Shown: in pieces, positions 40,675-48,811 of the stretch
Numbering within the stretch: position 1 is the first letter of the stretch
How the letters are laid out: the number at the start of each line of letters is the position of its first letter
Origin: an uncultured Planctomycetia bacterium
GTDB lineage: Bacteria > Omnitrophota > Gorgyraeia > 1-14-0-20-64-10
Direction of reading: 5' to 3'
Assembly (NCBI GenBank): GCA_964597545.1
Contig: CAZQXN010000011.1
Coordinates: forward strand, 1 to 60,268
Length of the DNA: 60,268 nt
Notes under the pieces: model-generated
Told to the model about the DNA's origin: nothing
Databases searched by the model: none
What the model saw: the letters and a program-made list of their open reading frames with translations, nothing else
Made by a program: the position numbers and the translations under genes

Positions 40675-42414
40675 CTACCGACCTTCTCGGTATCGATTGG
40701 TGATGGGCATGCGCCGGTCCCGCCCAAATGCTACAGGGGTAATCTTAATCCCTGGTGAGGCTTGCCGCCTCTTGTATTCATTGAAATCGATCATCCCGAC
40801 CACCTGAGCCACTACCTTGGGTGGAACCTTGAGTTTGCGTCGGATCTCGGCAGGGGAGGCATGTTCCTCTACATAGGCCCGCATGATGGCATCCAACTGG
40901 CGGTAGGGCGGCAGGGTATCCTGATCCTTCTGGTTGGGGCGCAACTCTGCTGTAGGAGGGCGCCTCAAAACTGAAGCTGGAATCACCTGCTTGCCAAAAT
41001 ACCGGTTGGCGGTGCGAGACAGCTGCACCACCCACCCCTTAGGTAGATCCTTCATAACCGCAAACCCGCCCACCATGTCGCCGTACAAAGTGCAGTACCC
41101 GGTGGAAAGCTCCGACTTATTGCCGGTGGCAAGCACCAACCACCCAAACTTGTTGGAGAGGGCCATCAGCAGCGTGCCGCGAATTCTCGCCTGGAGATTC
41201 TCCTCGGTGGCATCCGCCCGCGCTCTGCCAAAGACTGGACGAAGCGTACCGAGGAAGGTCTGGAAGACCCGCTCAATGGGAAGCTCCATAAAGTGCACCC
41301 CCAAGGCGCGGGCCACTCGGCGGGCATCGGCCTGGGTTCCTTGAGAGGAATAGTGCGACGGCATGGAAACGCAGTTCACCGCGCGGGGTCCCAGGGCTGC
41401 CACCGCCAGGGCAGCGGTTAAACTCGAGTCAATTCCTCCGGAGAGCCCCACCACCACCTGTTTAAAGTTATTCTTGGTCACATAGTCTTTGAGCCCCAAG
41501 AGTAACGCCTGAAAGATCTCCTGATGGGACTTAAGCAGCTTGGCAGAGGGTGTGGACGCCCAGTGTCCGGAGGCAAACTTCTGGCGCACTGGAACCGTTG
41601 GGATCCCATTCTCCCGCTGGGCGGGGCCTTGCGGAGAAAGGGGAATTTCGACGAAGTTAACCCCTTCCTTGAATTGACTTGCCCGGAAATGAATGCGCCC
41701 AGAGGGGCGGACAACGAGTGAGGCACCGTCAAAGACCAGCTCATCCTGCCCCCCTGCCAAGTTGACATAGGCAATCCAGCTCTTAAGGGCCTTGGCGCGA
41801 CGGCTAAGGAGCTGTTCACGCTCTCGGTGCTTACCGGCATGATAGGGAGAGGCAGAGAGATTCAAAATCAGGTCTGCTCCAGCCTTCGCCTCCATGCGAC
41901 AGGGCCCTTCGCGCTCCCAGATGTCCTCGCAGATGGAGATTCCCACGCGCAGGATCATGGGGTCTGACCCCTTTTTACCCGGGGTCTGACCCCATTGGGT
42001 AATAAGTTCCAGTAGAAGCGGTTTCTCGCCGGGGGCAAAATGCCGCTTCTCATCAAAAACCCCGTAGTTAGGAAGCAGCATCTTGCGGTAGCGACCCACC
42101 ATGCGGCCATGGCTTATAACGGCTGCAGCGTTGTAGAGCTTGCCGGAGGAACCCTGATCCACGAAGCCCATGACAGCGGTTAAGCCCTGGGTGTGCAGCA
42201 GGAGGGATTCAAGTGTTTTTAAGTTTTCCCGGATGAAGCTGGGCTTAAAAAGGAGGTCCTCCGGAGGATAGCCGGTAATCACCAGCTCCGGGAAGAGTAC
42301 CAAATGGGCTCCGCGCTTCTTGGCCAGGCGCAGCGCATCCGCAATCTTGGTGCGATTACCCGCGAAATCACCGACCGTTGCATTGAGCTGAGCTAAAGCT
42401 AAACGCAATTTCAT
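40675..42414 (-). CDS. nadE: Glutamine-dependent NAD+ synthetase
   Basis: 579 aa. N-terminal CN-hydrolase domain (LVLFPELVITGYPPEDL, ISICEDIW) and a C-terminal NAD synthase domain with the P-loop GLSGGIDSS. Confidence 0.92.
   Translation of the reverse strand: MKLRLALAQLNATVGDFAGNRTKIADALRLAKKRGAHLVLFPELVITGYPPEDLLFKPSFIRENLKTLESLLLHTQGLTAVMGFVDQGSSGKLYNAAAVISHGRMVGRYRKMLLPNYGVFDEKRHFAPGEKPLLLELITQWGQTPGKKGSDPMILRVGISICEDIWEREGPCRMEAKAGADLILNLSASPYHAGKHREREQLLSRRAKALKSWIAYVNLAGGQDELVFDGASLVVRPSGRIHFRASQFKEGVNFVEIPLSPQGPAQRENGIPTVPVRQKFASGHWASTPSAKLLKSHQEIFQALLLGLKDYVTKNNFKQVVVGLSGGIDSSLTAALAVAALGPRAVNCVSMPSHYSSQGTQADARRVARALGVHFMELPIERVFQTFLGTLRPVFGRARADATEENLQARIRGTLLMALSNKFGWLVLATGNKSELSTGYCTLYGDMVGGFAVMKDLPKGWVVQLSRTANRYFGKQVIPASVLRRPPTAELRPNQKDQDTLPPYRQLDAIMRAYVEEHASPAEIRRKLKVPPKVVAQVVGMIDFNEYKRRQASPGIKITPVAFGRDRRMPITNRYREGR
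41959..41993. repeat. Two GGGGTCTGACCCC palindromes inside the nadE coding sequence (in frame)
   Basis: Copies at 41959-41971 and 41981-41993. On the coding strand they translate as ...QWGQTPGKKGSDPM..., immediately before ILRVGISICEDIW. Confidence 0.9.
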
Positions 42415-43214
42415 AACGCCACCACTACAAAACCTTTTTGGTCTGCCTGCTGGATGAACTGGGGACGCTCAAAGAGAAGTGTGCGCCCCGCCTCGATCCC
42501 AAGGCAGCGCATTTGAGCAGCCTCCATAACCTCCAAGGTAGCCTGCCCTACCACCGGAATATCAAAGCGCATATCATGGCGGCGGCCGCACGCTTTAACC
42601 ACCATGCAGCCCGGTCCGGCAATCTCCCCTGCCCGGCGAATCATGGCGTCGGTCCCCTCGATCCCCTCCACGGCCACCACAGCTTTGGCTTTAAGGGCGA
42701 TCGCCTGCCCTATTCCTAATTGGTCCAGCTGGCGGGCCAGTTTCAAACCATGCGCAAGATCCGCAGACTCGGTATCGTTGGGCTTGCGCTGGGTCAGCAC
42801 CCCTTTGTTGGGAATCCAATCTTTAAGGAAGGTTCCGGATTCCAGCACCCGGAATCCCTGCGATTCCAGGTAACGAACTGCCATCTTCATGGCAGAAGAT
42901 CCGGAGCGGTCCGGGGCAAATTTCAGGAGGGTCTTGACCACCCCATTAAAGTTCTTCTCATCCTTGAAGAGGCGCTCGGGTTTGATCTGGCCGGCCAGAA
43001 CCACTTCTTTAACGCCGTCGGCTTTCAAGAGCTCAGGCACACGGGAGATTTCCTTGAAATCGACCCAATGCATCCGGTCCACCTCCCCCTCCAGGACAGC
43101 GTCAGTCTCTTCACGCAACCCCGCTGCAATCACCTCGAAGCCTAGCCCCCTGGCAGCGCGGGCAACGTAAATCGGAAAGGTTCGGTTTCCGGCAATCAAT
43201 CCCAGTTTTTTCAT
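42411..43214 (-). CDS. lpxI: UDP-2,3-diacylglucosamine pyrophosphatase LpxI (DUF1009 family)
   Basis: Start taken at MKKLGLIAGNRTFPIYVARAA (43214). The 39 upstream codons of the long ORF are just a translation of the palindromic repeats. The family call rests on the N-terminal LGLIAG pattern, the length and the lipid A context. Confidence 0.7.
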   Translation of the reverse strand: MKKLGLIAGNRTFPIYVARAARGLGFEVIAAGLREETDAVLEGEVDRMHWVDFKEISRVPELLKADGVKEVVLAGQIKPERLFKDEKNFNGVVKTLLKFAPDRSGSSAMKMAVRYLESQGFRVLESGTFLKDWIPNKGVLTQRKPNDTESADLAHGLKLARQLDQLGIGQAIALKAKAVVAVEGIEGTDAMIRRAGEIAGPGCMVVKACGRRHDMRFDIPVVGQATLEVMEAAQMRCLGIEAGRTLLFERPQFIQQADQKGFVVVAL

Positions 43215-43238
43215 CGCAATGTGCTCATGAAATGACAA

Positions 43239-43300
43239 GGGGTCAGACCCCATCCCATGGTGCTTGGGGGTCTGACCCCTATGCAGCGGGGTCTCACCCC
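43239..43300. repeat. Three copies of the GGGGTCWGACCCC palindrome (lpxC/fabZ-lpxI intergenic)
   Basis: ggggtcagacccc (43239-43251), ggggtctgacccc (43267-43279) and the variant ggggtctcacccc (43288-43300), which abuts the lpxC-fabZ stop. Confidence 0.9.
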
Positions 43301-44667
43301 TACAACGCTTCTTCTCCCTCCAGGAGAGCAAACATCATCTCGGCCTCTGCCACCACCTGCCCTTCGACAAGCGCGCGGGTCTGCATCTTCCCGGTCTTGG
43401 AGCGCAGCTTCAGGACATTGGTCTCAAGGACCAAGGTGTCCCCTGGCAGCACGGTGCGGCGGAACTTCACATTGTCCATGCCGACGAAATAGGCGTACTT
43501 GCCCAAATTCTCGGTTTTGTTCAGCATCAAAAGACCGGAAAGCTGAGCCAGCGCTTCAATGATCAGCACGCCAGGCATAACCGGGCGCTTGGGGAAGTGC
43601 CCGGAGAAATACTGTTCGTTGATGGTGACGTTCTTGATGCCGACCGCCCGTTTGTCCGGAATAAGTTCAACCACCCGGTCCACCAGCAAAAAGGGATAGC
43701 GGTGAGGCAATATCTTTTCGATCGTCTGGATCTCCAGAGCGGTCGCCTCCGGCTCCACGTAGGTGGCCCGGATACCACTCTCCTGCGCTCGATCCAAGGC
43801 CTGCCTGAGTCGTTGGAGGAGGCGCAGATTCAACAGGTGGCCTGACCGAATGGCTACTACATGCCCCTGCAGAGGGCGCCCCAACAGGTACAGATCACCG
43901 ATCAAGTCCACGACCTTGTGCCGAACATACTCATCCGGGAAGCGCAAGCGGTTCTTGATGACCCGTCCGCTGTTGTCTACAACCACCGTATTCTCATAGG
44001 TCGCACCCTTGCCCAAGCCAATCTTGCGCAGGGCTTCAACTTCCTGTGCGAGGCAGAAAGTGCGCGAAGGGGCCAACTCCTTTTCGAAAGTGCCGGGGGT
44101 GATCTCGTCGGCAAAGAATTGGGCGCCCAATCCCGGGATCGGATAGCTCAGAAGATACGACACGCGCAAGGTGTCGGACGGAAAGATGGCCACAATGGAC
44201 TCGCCCTCCTCCACCCAGATCGGCTCCCGAACCGCAATGGGGCGGCGGACCAGCTCCTGCTTGCGAATGCCGGCCTGCCTTAACACCTCCACAAAGGGAT
44301 GGGAAGAGCCGTCGAGCCCCGGTATCTCTTCACCGCTCAATTCCACCAAGAGATTGTCGATCCCAACGCCAAAGCAGCTGGCCATCAGGTGCTCGATGGT
44401 ATGCACCTCGACGACTCCGTTGCCCACAGAGGTGCGACGAGCCCGGCGCATGGGATCCAAAATGGTGGAGATCGAAGCGGTGATCGGTTTGGAGCCGGCC
44501 AAATCTGTTCGAAGGAAGGTGATGCCGCTTCCGGGAGGTGCCGGCTTGAATTTGGCTCGAACCAATTGTCCGGTATGGAGCCCCACCCCTTCGATTCGAA
44601 CCGGCCGGTCGATGGTCTGCTGCGGAATAAAGGGCTGCGTCTTATTGGGAGATTTTGCTGTAGACAT
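43300..44667 (-). CDS. lpxC-fabZ: Bifunctional UDP-3-O-acyl-GlcNAc deacetylase / 3-hydroxyacyl-ACP dehydratase (LpxC-FabZ fusion)
   Basis: 455 aa. The N-terminal half is LpxC-like (RIEGVGLHTGQLV, HTIEHLMA). The C-terminal half is FabZ-like (ILPHRYPFLLVDRV, FSGHFPKRPVMPGVLIIEALAQ). Confidence 0.92.
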   Translation of the reverse strand: MSTAKSPNKTQPFIPQQTIDRPVRIEGVGLHTGQLVRAKFKPAPPGSGITFLRTDLAGSKPITASISTILDPMRRARRTSVGNGVVEVHTIEHLMASCFGVGIDNLLVELSGEEIPGLDGSSHPFVEVLRQAGIRKQELVRRPIAVREPIWVEEGESIVAIFPSDTLRVSYLLSYPIPGLGAQFFADEITPGTFEKELAPSRTFCLAQEVEALRKIGLGKGATYENTVVVDNSGRVIKNRLRFPDEYVRHKVVDLIGDLYLLGRPLQGHVVAIRSGHLLNLRLLQRLRQALDRAQESGIRATYVEPEATALEIQTIEKILPHRYPFLLVDRVVELIPDKRAVGIKNVTINEQYFSGHFPKRPVMPGVLIIEALAQLSGLLMLNKTENLGKYAYFVGMDNVKFRRTVLPGDTLVLETNVLKLRSKTGKMQTRALVEGQVVAEAEMMFALLEGEEAL

Positions 44668-44676
44668 GCGCGCTGC

Positions 44677-45804
44677 CTAAGTTTGAGGACCCTTTTTGTG
44701 GCTGCGTTTCTCCAGCGCCTCAAGCCGGCGGCGAAGATCTTCCACCGCCTGATACAATCCGGGCAGTCTCTGGGTGGCGGCGTTGACTTTTTTGACATGG
44801 CGCAGTTCCCTCGCCGGAGTGCCCCAATATTGCGCGTTGGGTGGTATCGGCTTGAGAACACCCGCCTGCGCCCCCACCATGGCGTTATCGCCGATCGAGA
44901 TGTGGCCGACGACACCGGCCTGGCCGGCAAGGACCACGTGATCCCCAAGGGTGGTGGAGCCTGAGATTCCTGCCTGAGCCACCAAAATGCAGTTGGCACC
45001 CGTTACCACGTTGTGGGCAATCTGGACGAGATTGTCGATCTTGGTCCCTTTTCCGACGCGGGTCTTGCCGAAACGGGCCCGATCGATGGTGACGTTGGCG
45101 CCGATCTCCACATCATCCTCAATGACGACAGTTCCGATCTGCGGGATCTTGTGATGGACCCCTTTGACCTTCGCGAAACCAAAACCATCAGAACCGATCA
45201 CGGTGCCGGCGTGAATGATCACCCGGTGGCCGATCTCGACCTTGTCTAAGATGGAGACATTGGGATAGACAGCGCAATCGTTTCCAACTCGGGCCAAGCG
45301 CCCCAGGTAAGACCCGGCATAAATCACCGTTCGGTCCCCGACGGCGGCGTTATCCTCAATCACCGCACCAGGTCCAACCGCCGCCCCGCGCCCTAAGCGA
45401 ACCCCCTTGCCGATCACGGCCCTGGGGCTGACACCCCTGGGGTGGGCGTGCGCAGTTTTATTCATGACACCGGCCAGCTTCGCAAAGGCAAGGGAAGGGT
45501 TCTCGGTGTGGATCACCGGCATGGGAGCCGAGGTCACCTCGGGTGAGGCAATCACGGCGGAAGCACGGGTGGTCTTGAGCAAATGCAGGTAGCGGGAATT
45601 GGCGATAAAGGACAAGTCCCCTGGCCCGGCCTCCTTGATGCCGGAGATGCCTGTAATAACGGTGTTGCCGTCGCCCATAACGGAGCCTGCCACAAGCTTG
45701 GCAAGCTCTTTAAGCTTTCGAGGGGCCGATCCGTTGAAAACGGATCTGGATGGCGCAGCGCGCTTGAGTCTCTTCTTGGGTTTGGCCTTTGGCATCCTGT
45801 TCAC
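44677..45804 (-). CDS. lpxD: UDP-3-O-acylglucosamine N-acyltransferase
   Basis: 375 aa. [36 protein letters not shown], followed by a long left-handed beta-helix of hexapeptide repeats. Has a basic roughly 28-aa N-terminal extension. Confidence 0.9.
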   Translation of the reverse strand: MNRMPKAKPKKRLKRAAPSRSVFNGSAPRKLKELAKLVAGSVMGDGNTVITGISGIKEAGPGDLSFIANSRYLHLLKTTRASAVIASPEVTSAPMPVIHTENPSLAFAKLAGVMNKTAHAHPRGVSPRAVIGKGVRLGRGAAVGPGAVIEDNAAVGDRTVIYAGSYLGRLARVGNDCAVYPNVSILDKVEIGHRVIIHAGTVIGSDGFGFAKVKGVHHKIPQIGTVVIEDDVEIGANVTIDRARFGKTRVGKGTKIDNLVQIAHNVVTGANCILVAQAGISGSTTLGDHVVLAGQAGVVGHISIGDNAMVGAQAGVLKPIPPNAQYWGTPARELRHVKKVNAATQRLPGLYQAVEDLRRRLEALEKRSHKKGPQT

Positions 45805-46367
45805 CGGCCCTTCTTGTCGCTTTGATTCAGAAGGGCAAGAATCTCATCGGTCAGATCGATGGTCTCGCTGCCGTAGAGCACGGTCTGATCGGTCAAAACC
45901 AAGTCATAACCCTGCTTCTTGGCGAAAGTTTCGACTGTGCCCTCAATCTCCTTCAAGATGGCCTTGACCGACTCGGCCTGCTTGGAACGCAGATCCACTT
46001 TGGCCTTTTCGTCAAAGGAGGCCAACCCCTTCATTTTCTCTTCGAGCACGCCGCGCTGCTTGAGGCGATTCTCTTCGTTGAGCAGAATGAACTCGTCACG
46101 GAGAGAGCGAATTTCAGAGACAATCTTTTCGCGCTCTGCATCCTGGGTGGCGGTTAACTTTTCAAGCTTTTCTTCAGAGGTTTGGGTGCGATTGTAGCCC
46201 TCAAAAACCCGGCGCAGATTGACCACCCCTATCTTTTTGATGTTGGTCTCTTCCTGCGCCAACGCAATCGGCTGAGGCCCCAACAGACAAAAAGCAGCGA
46301 GCAGAATAAGGCTGCTCGGGAGGAAGAGGGTTTTGGTGTGCATGCGATGAATCACTTTGGACCTCAA
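45801..46367 (-). CDS. skp: Periplasmic chaperone Skp (OmpH family)
   Basis: 188 aa. Signal peptide, then [14 protein letters not shown] and a long coiled-coil rich in E/K. Lies between bamA and lpxD as in the classical cluster. Confidence 0.85.
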   Translation of the reverse strand: MRSKVIHRMHTKTLFLPSSLILLAAFCLLGPQPIALAQEETNIKKIGVVNLRRVFEGYNRTQTSEEKLEKLTATQDAEREKIVSEIRSLRDEFILLNEENRLKQRGVLEEKMKGLASFDEKAKVDLRSKQAESVKAILKEIEGTVETFAKKQGYDLVLTDQTVLYGSETIDLTDEILALLNQSDKKGR

Positions 46368-46373
46368 AACAGG

Positions 46374-48674
46374 CTAAAACGAACGGCTGGCGGAAAAGTG
46401 CAGGCGTCCGGTCTCTTTTTCCCCGGCATCTGGGTTGAGCGGCCATCCATAGTCGAGCTTCACCGGACCGAAGGGAGTCTTGACCCGCACCCCGGCTCCG
46501 ACGCCCGATTTAAACCCGCCGGTAGCAAAGTTCTCCAAATCGTCCCAAACGTTGCCCACATCAACGAAGGCCGCGCTCTTGAGGAAGTCAACCACCGGCA
46601 CCGTGTACTCTGCATTGAACACTGCCATCGACTCACCGCCGATGGGGTCTCGGGTGGACGAATCACGGGGGCCCACACGCCGCTCCTTGTAGCCGCGGAT
46701 CGAATCGGCGCCTCCGGCGAAGAATCGTTCAAAGATCGGAACGGCGTTGGAATCACCGAAGGGTTCTGACAACCCCACGGTCGCGCGCAGCTCCAACACC
46801 TGTTTGGCGACCAACGGCTCAAAGAAGATCGAGCCGGTACCGGTCCACTGCCAGAAGTCTCGATCGCCGCCTAAGACAGAGCCGGCCACGCGAATTCCGG
46901 CGTTGGAAAAATATCCCCTGCGGGGGTTGAAGATGTTGTCCCGGGTATCGCGCGTATAGCTGAACAACACCGAGGAGATGGAGTTGTCCCCCGCCTCATC
47001 CTGCAGCGCCTGTGAGGCGCTATCGGCAAGATCACTGACCCGGTCAGATTCCAATCGGTAGGTAAAATCTACGCGATCAAAATCTCCGAAGGCCCGACCG
47101 AGCCTGAGCGCTCCACCGCGGCGCTTGAGCTCAAAGCTGTACCCTTCACCGCGCGTCCGGGTGGTGTTGTACAGGTCAAAGCCAAACAGGTAGGGCCGAT
47201 TAAATACCCAGGGATCTGTGAAGGACAGTTCCAGGTTTCTGCGGCGGGTACCGGCCATCACCTGAAACCGAAGCTCCTGCCCTGCCCCCACGAAATTCGG
47301 CCAGTTGAACAGATCGAAGTTTCTCTGGACCACTTCACCAAAACCGATGAAATTGTCAACCGAGCTAAAACCCCCGCCAAAGGAGAGCTCACCGGTCTTC
47401 GCCTCCTTGACCGAGACCACAAGATCGCGGCGCTCGGCGCTCTTGGCCGGAACCGTCTCCATCGATACCTCTTCAAAGAACCCTAAGTTGTAGAGGCGCT
47501 CCTTGGATCGGCGCAGCTTCTCTCCGTCAAACTGCTCCCCTGGAGCGATGCGCAGTTCCCGGCGGATAACGGCATCCTTGGTCTTGACGTTGCCGCGCAC
47601 CAGGATCTGACCGACGAAAGCGACCGCACCCTCTGAAATGGTGAAGGTGACTTCAATGTGATTGTTCTTGCGATTTAAGACCGTGGCCGGCACAGCCTCT
47701 GCGGCCATGTACCCTTGAGCAAAGTAGGCCGATTGGATCGCCGCAACATCCGTATACAGCTTTTCCTGGCTGAAGGGTTCGCCGGTTTTAAGCTCTAAAT
47801 CCTTTTCAAATTGTTCGGGCCCCAGTTCGCGCATGCCGCGGAAGGTGATCTCGCCGACAAGATACTGCGTCCCCTCAGTGACCCCCACCAAGACCGAGAG
47901 CCACCGCCTGCTCTCATCAAAAGAAACCTCTGAGTAAGCCTCTACATCGCTGTAGCCCTCAGAGCGGTAGAGTCCCTTGACCCGCTCCACATCTTCCTCT
48001 AAGACCTCCGGCCGGTAATAACCTGAAGTAAACCACCACCAGGCCTGCTTGGTGGCCATCGCCTTGCGCAAGCGCCCGGCAGAGAAGGCCTCGTTGCCTT
48101 CAAAGCGGATGGATCGCACCCGGATCTTCTGGCCCTCGGTGACGGTGAGGTAGACCGTTGCCTTGTTGGTCTCTTCGTCTACCTTGACCTCCTGGGCAAT
48201 GTCAGCCAGATAAAACCCCTTGGTCCGGTAAAGCTGCTTGATCCGCTCCAAATCCTGCTTGAGCTCCCTGCGGTCTAAGAGCTGCTGCTCTTTGGTATTG
48301 ATGGTCTCGCGCAGCTTCATCTCGCGAAAATGGCGTGCTCCGGTGATCACCACTGAACCCACCAGGGGCCGCTCCTTGACCCGGAAACGGACCATCTTTC
48401 CACCCTTGTAGTCCCGGATCTCAGCGGAGGCGTCGGTGAAGAAACCGGTGGCATAGAGGCGCTTAATGTCTTCGTTGACTGTCTGCTGGTTTAAGCGGTC
48501 TCCGGGGCGTGTCTTGATCTTGGTGAGGATGGTGTTGGTGGAGACAACGGAGTTGCCCTCCACCTCTATGGCAGTGATTGAATCGGGTGCCTGGGCGAAG
48601 CTCAAAGGACACAACCCCAAGGCAGCCAGTAAGATACAGAGTGTTAAGAAATGATGCTTAGAGCTCATTGTCAA
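46374..48674 (-). CDS. bamA: Outer membrane protein assembly factor BamA
   Basis: 766 aa. Signal peptide, five POTRA-like repeats (e.g. ITAIEVEGNSVVS, VVITGARHF, IRFEGNEAFS, ITFRGMRELG, ILVRGNVKTKD) and an Omp85 beta-barrel ending ...GRLHFSASRSF. Confidence 0.93.
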   Translation of the reverse strand: MTMSSKHHFLTLCILLAALGLCPLSFAQAPDSITAIEVEGNSVVSTNTILTKIKTRPGDRLNQQTVNEDIKRLYATGFFTDASAEIRDYKGGKMVRFRVKERPLVGSVVITGARHFREMKLRETINTKEQQLLDRRELKQDLERIKQLYRTKGFYLADIAQEVKVDEETNKATVYLTVTEGQKIRVRSIRFEGNEAFSAGRLRKAMATKQAWWWFTSGYYRPEVLEEDVERVKGLYRSEGYSDVEAYSEVSFDESRRWLSVLVGVTEGTQYLVGEITFRGMRELGPEQFEKDLELKTGEPFSQEKLYTDVAAIQSAYFAQGYMAAEAVPATVLNRKNNHIEVTFTISEGAVAFVGQILVRGNVKTKDAVIRRELRIAPGEQFDGEKLRRSKERLYNLGFFEEVSMETVPAKSAERRDLVVSVKEAKTGELSFGGGFSSVDNFIGFGEVVQRNFDLFNWPNFVGAGQELRFQVMAGTRRRNLELSFTDPWVFNRPYLFGFDLYNTTRTRGEGYSFELKRRGGALRLGRAFGDFDRVDFTYRLESDRVSDLADSASQALQDEAGDNSISSVLFSYTRDTRDNIFNPRRGYFSNAGIRVAGSVLGGDRDFWQWTGTGSIFFEPLVAKQVLELRATVGLSEPFGDSNAVPIFERFFAGGADSIRGYKERRVGPRDSSTRDPIGGESMAVFNAEYTVPVVDFLKSAAFVDVGNVWDDLENFATGGFKSGVGAGVRVKTPFGPVKLDYGWPLNPDAGEKETGRLHFSASRSF

Positions 48675-48685
48675 ACTTTCATGTC

Positions 48686-48757
48686 ATTCCCGCGAAAGCG
48701 GGAATCCCCGCTTGAGTGGATGGTCCTCGCCTTCGCGAGGATGCCGGTGAAACCGGC
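48686..48757. repeat. Three consecutive short GC-rich hairpins (REP-like) between dnaB and bamA
   Basis: attcccgc-gaaa-gcgggaat (48686-48705), tcctcgc-cttc-gcgagga (48724-48741) and gccgg-tgaaa-ccggc (48743-48757). Confidence 0.7.
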
Positions 48758-48811
48758 ACTTAGCCGTTTAATTGCAGTAGATTAACACAGTGAAAGCGCA
48801 ATAACAACCTT

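Noticed and set aside
43215-43331. 39-codon N-terminal extension of the lpxI ORF (MLSWREKKRCRGETPLHRGQTPKHHGMGSDPLSFHEHIA)
   Set aside because: It is a read-through translation of the three GGGGTCWGACCCC palindromes, and it overlaps the lpxC-fabZ stop. The conserved LpxI N-terminus begins at MKKLGLIAG.
44299-44999. 221-aa plus-strand and 204-aa minus-strand ORFs spanning the lpxC-fabZ / lpxD junction
   Set aside because: Both are out-of-frame or antisense overlaps of two well-supported genes. Their composition is Arg/Pro/Gly-rich, typical of off-frame GC-rich sequence.
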